From Lophium mytilinum (lineage: Eukaryota), in NCBI GenBank assembly GCA_010093605.1, contig MU004185.1, forward strand, positions 1,013,334-1,077,333: 64,000 nt of DNA, in the 5' to 3' direction. The notes below the pieces were generated by a model. That model was not told the origin of the DNA and did not search any database. It was given only the letters and a program-made list of their open reading frames with translations. Every line of letters begins with the position of its first letter. The first letter of the stretch is position 1. Below are positions 62,701 through 64,000 of the stretch, in pieces. Made by a program: the position numbers and the translations under genes.

Positions 62701-64000
62701 AGCAAATGTGATTGGCAACGACTTGTTTCGTGAGTGCTTAGGGGAGCAAAGAACACGAGAGCTATCACACGCCAAAGCTCGCTGACTCGCCCGATATGTA
62801 CCTATCTTCTTAGATATGAAAGATCTTCGTCGGTGGCTGGACTTCTCTTTTCATGGGAAGAAGAGAGGCTGGATGGGTGGCATCAAAATAGCTCGAATAC
62901 GAACATGATGGGGAGAACTTCGAAACCAACATGCTCAAGCTAAAGATGCATGGCTCTGATCTCAGTCGTGGTCTTCAAACAAAATTGCGTTGACGTCGAA
63001 TGTGGAGAGAAGGGGGAGGATCAACAAACACTAAGTTATAGGGAAATAATGGTGGAGTGGTGATGACATCTACATTAACTACGGAGCTGAAGAGGCAGTA
63101 CGTGAGAAGTCACGAGCTGATGGTTGCTTACTCACCTAACTTCCGTTCATCTTCTGAGTACAAAAGCTCTTACACCGCAGCTGGACTTCTGTCTTCAGTG
63201 CCAAAGAGGGAAGTGGGAGTTCGAAAAGATGTGACGAAGTCAGTCCATGGGAGGGGCTTTAAAACCACTCCCACGGAGAATACGATGGCTTGGTTGCTGT
63301 GTTCAAAGACCATATGGACACGACCTGATGCGGAGGGGAAGAGCGGAGAATCAACAACATTCACCATGACAGATTTATGGGCCGAAGACTATGACAGGAA
63401 CCTTTAGCGGCCATGGCGAGCTATATCATGGTTGAGAAAAAGCAGAGAATCATGGGAGCCGGGATCTTTGAAGGACTATTCTAGGGTACGTAGGGCATCG
63501 AGTCTGCTTACTTACTCTCCAATTCTCCATCCTCCAAGGTATAAAAGCTTCAAACTGCTCTCCGCTCCCTGAACCCTCTCTTCCTTCATGGGAAGAGACA
63601 ATGAAGGATAGAAAATTCTCTTCACCGCCTCCATGGATCTTGCTTAGACAGTGTCCGCAAGCATGCCATGGCTCTGTGTGGTGTATCAACAAGTCTTGGG
63701 GGGCGGAGACATGGCGCGGCGAAAATCGAGACGAGTGTAAGTGGTGATGACGAGCGGCAAGATACACAACAGCAGAGAAGTGTGAGGTTAGTAACTGAAG
63801 CACGTGAAGTATCACGCGTCTGCTTACTCATCTTCCCTTTTCCTTTCCCCCGGCGGTATAAAAGCTGCCTCGCCTACATCCTAGACTTCTTTCTTTCCTC
63901 ATGGGAATGGGGAAAGGGTTTCGAATGGATATGAGGTCATGATTGATGTGGCCTGTGGAAAATTCGAACCGTACCAAACAATGGCTCTGGCTCGGTCGCT
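59770..64000. repeat. Two-tier degenerate tandem repeat array (family B, ~190-bp and ~350-bp periods), runs off the window
   Basis: An ATGGCGCTGTGTCTCGGTCC-like anchor recurs at 59997, 60197, 60390, 60594, 60790, 60952, 61140, 61329 and 61529. It then recurs at 61893, 62261, 62583, 62950, 63285, 63668 and 63981. Confidence 0.88.

Overview
This is eukaryotic, intron-containing DNA from a filamentous ascomycete (Pezizomycotina, probably a Dothideomycete). It has four parts. (1) 1-20.4 kb is a compact cluster of nine probably catabolic genes: a Baeyer-Villiger-type flavin monooxygenase, an MFS sugar-porter, an SDR, a DUF1446/AtuA-family protein, an aldehyde dehydrogenase, a Zn alcohol dehydrogenase, a Zn2Cys6 regulator, an acetoacetyl-CoA synthetase-like ligase ending in peroxisomal SKL, and a cytochrome P450. 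(2) 20.4-31.9 kb is accessory sequence with two DUF6594-like genes, a GT34 glycosyltransferase, NMT1/THI5 carrying an intronic splice-controlling TPP riboswitch, and dispersed repeat relics. (3) 31.9-55.1 kb is a housekeeping block: RPT1, CCT4, VPS33, HTS1, an alcohol acetyltransferase-like gene, SDH1, RPL3, CDC55, a YEA4-like transporter and PMT4. (4) 55.1-64 kb holds a MITE-like element, an APH-like kinase, a candidate 48-aa Cys/His microprotein gene missed by the ORF track, and a >4 kb two-tier degenerate repeat array that runs off the window. Gene models were built by eye from the ORF track plus GT-AG and branch-point reading. No database searches were run, so family names rest on recognised motifs.
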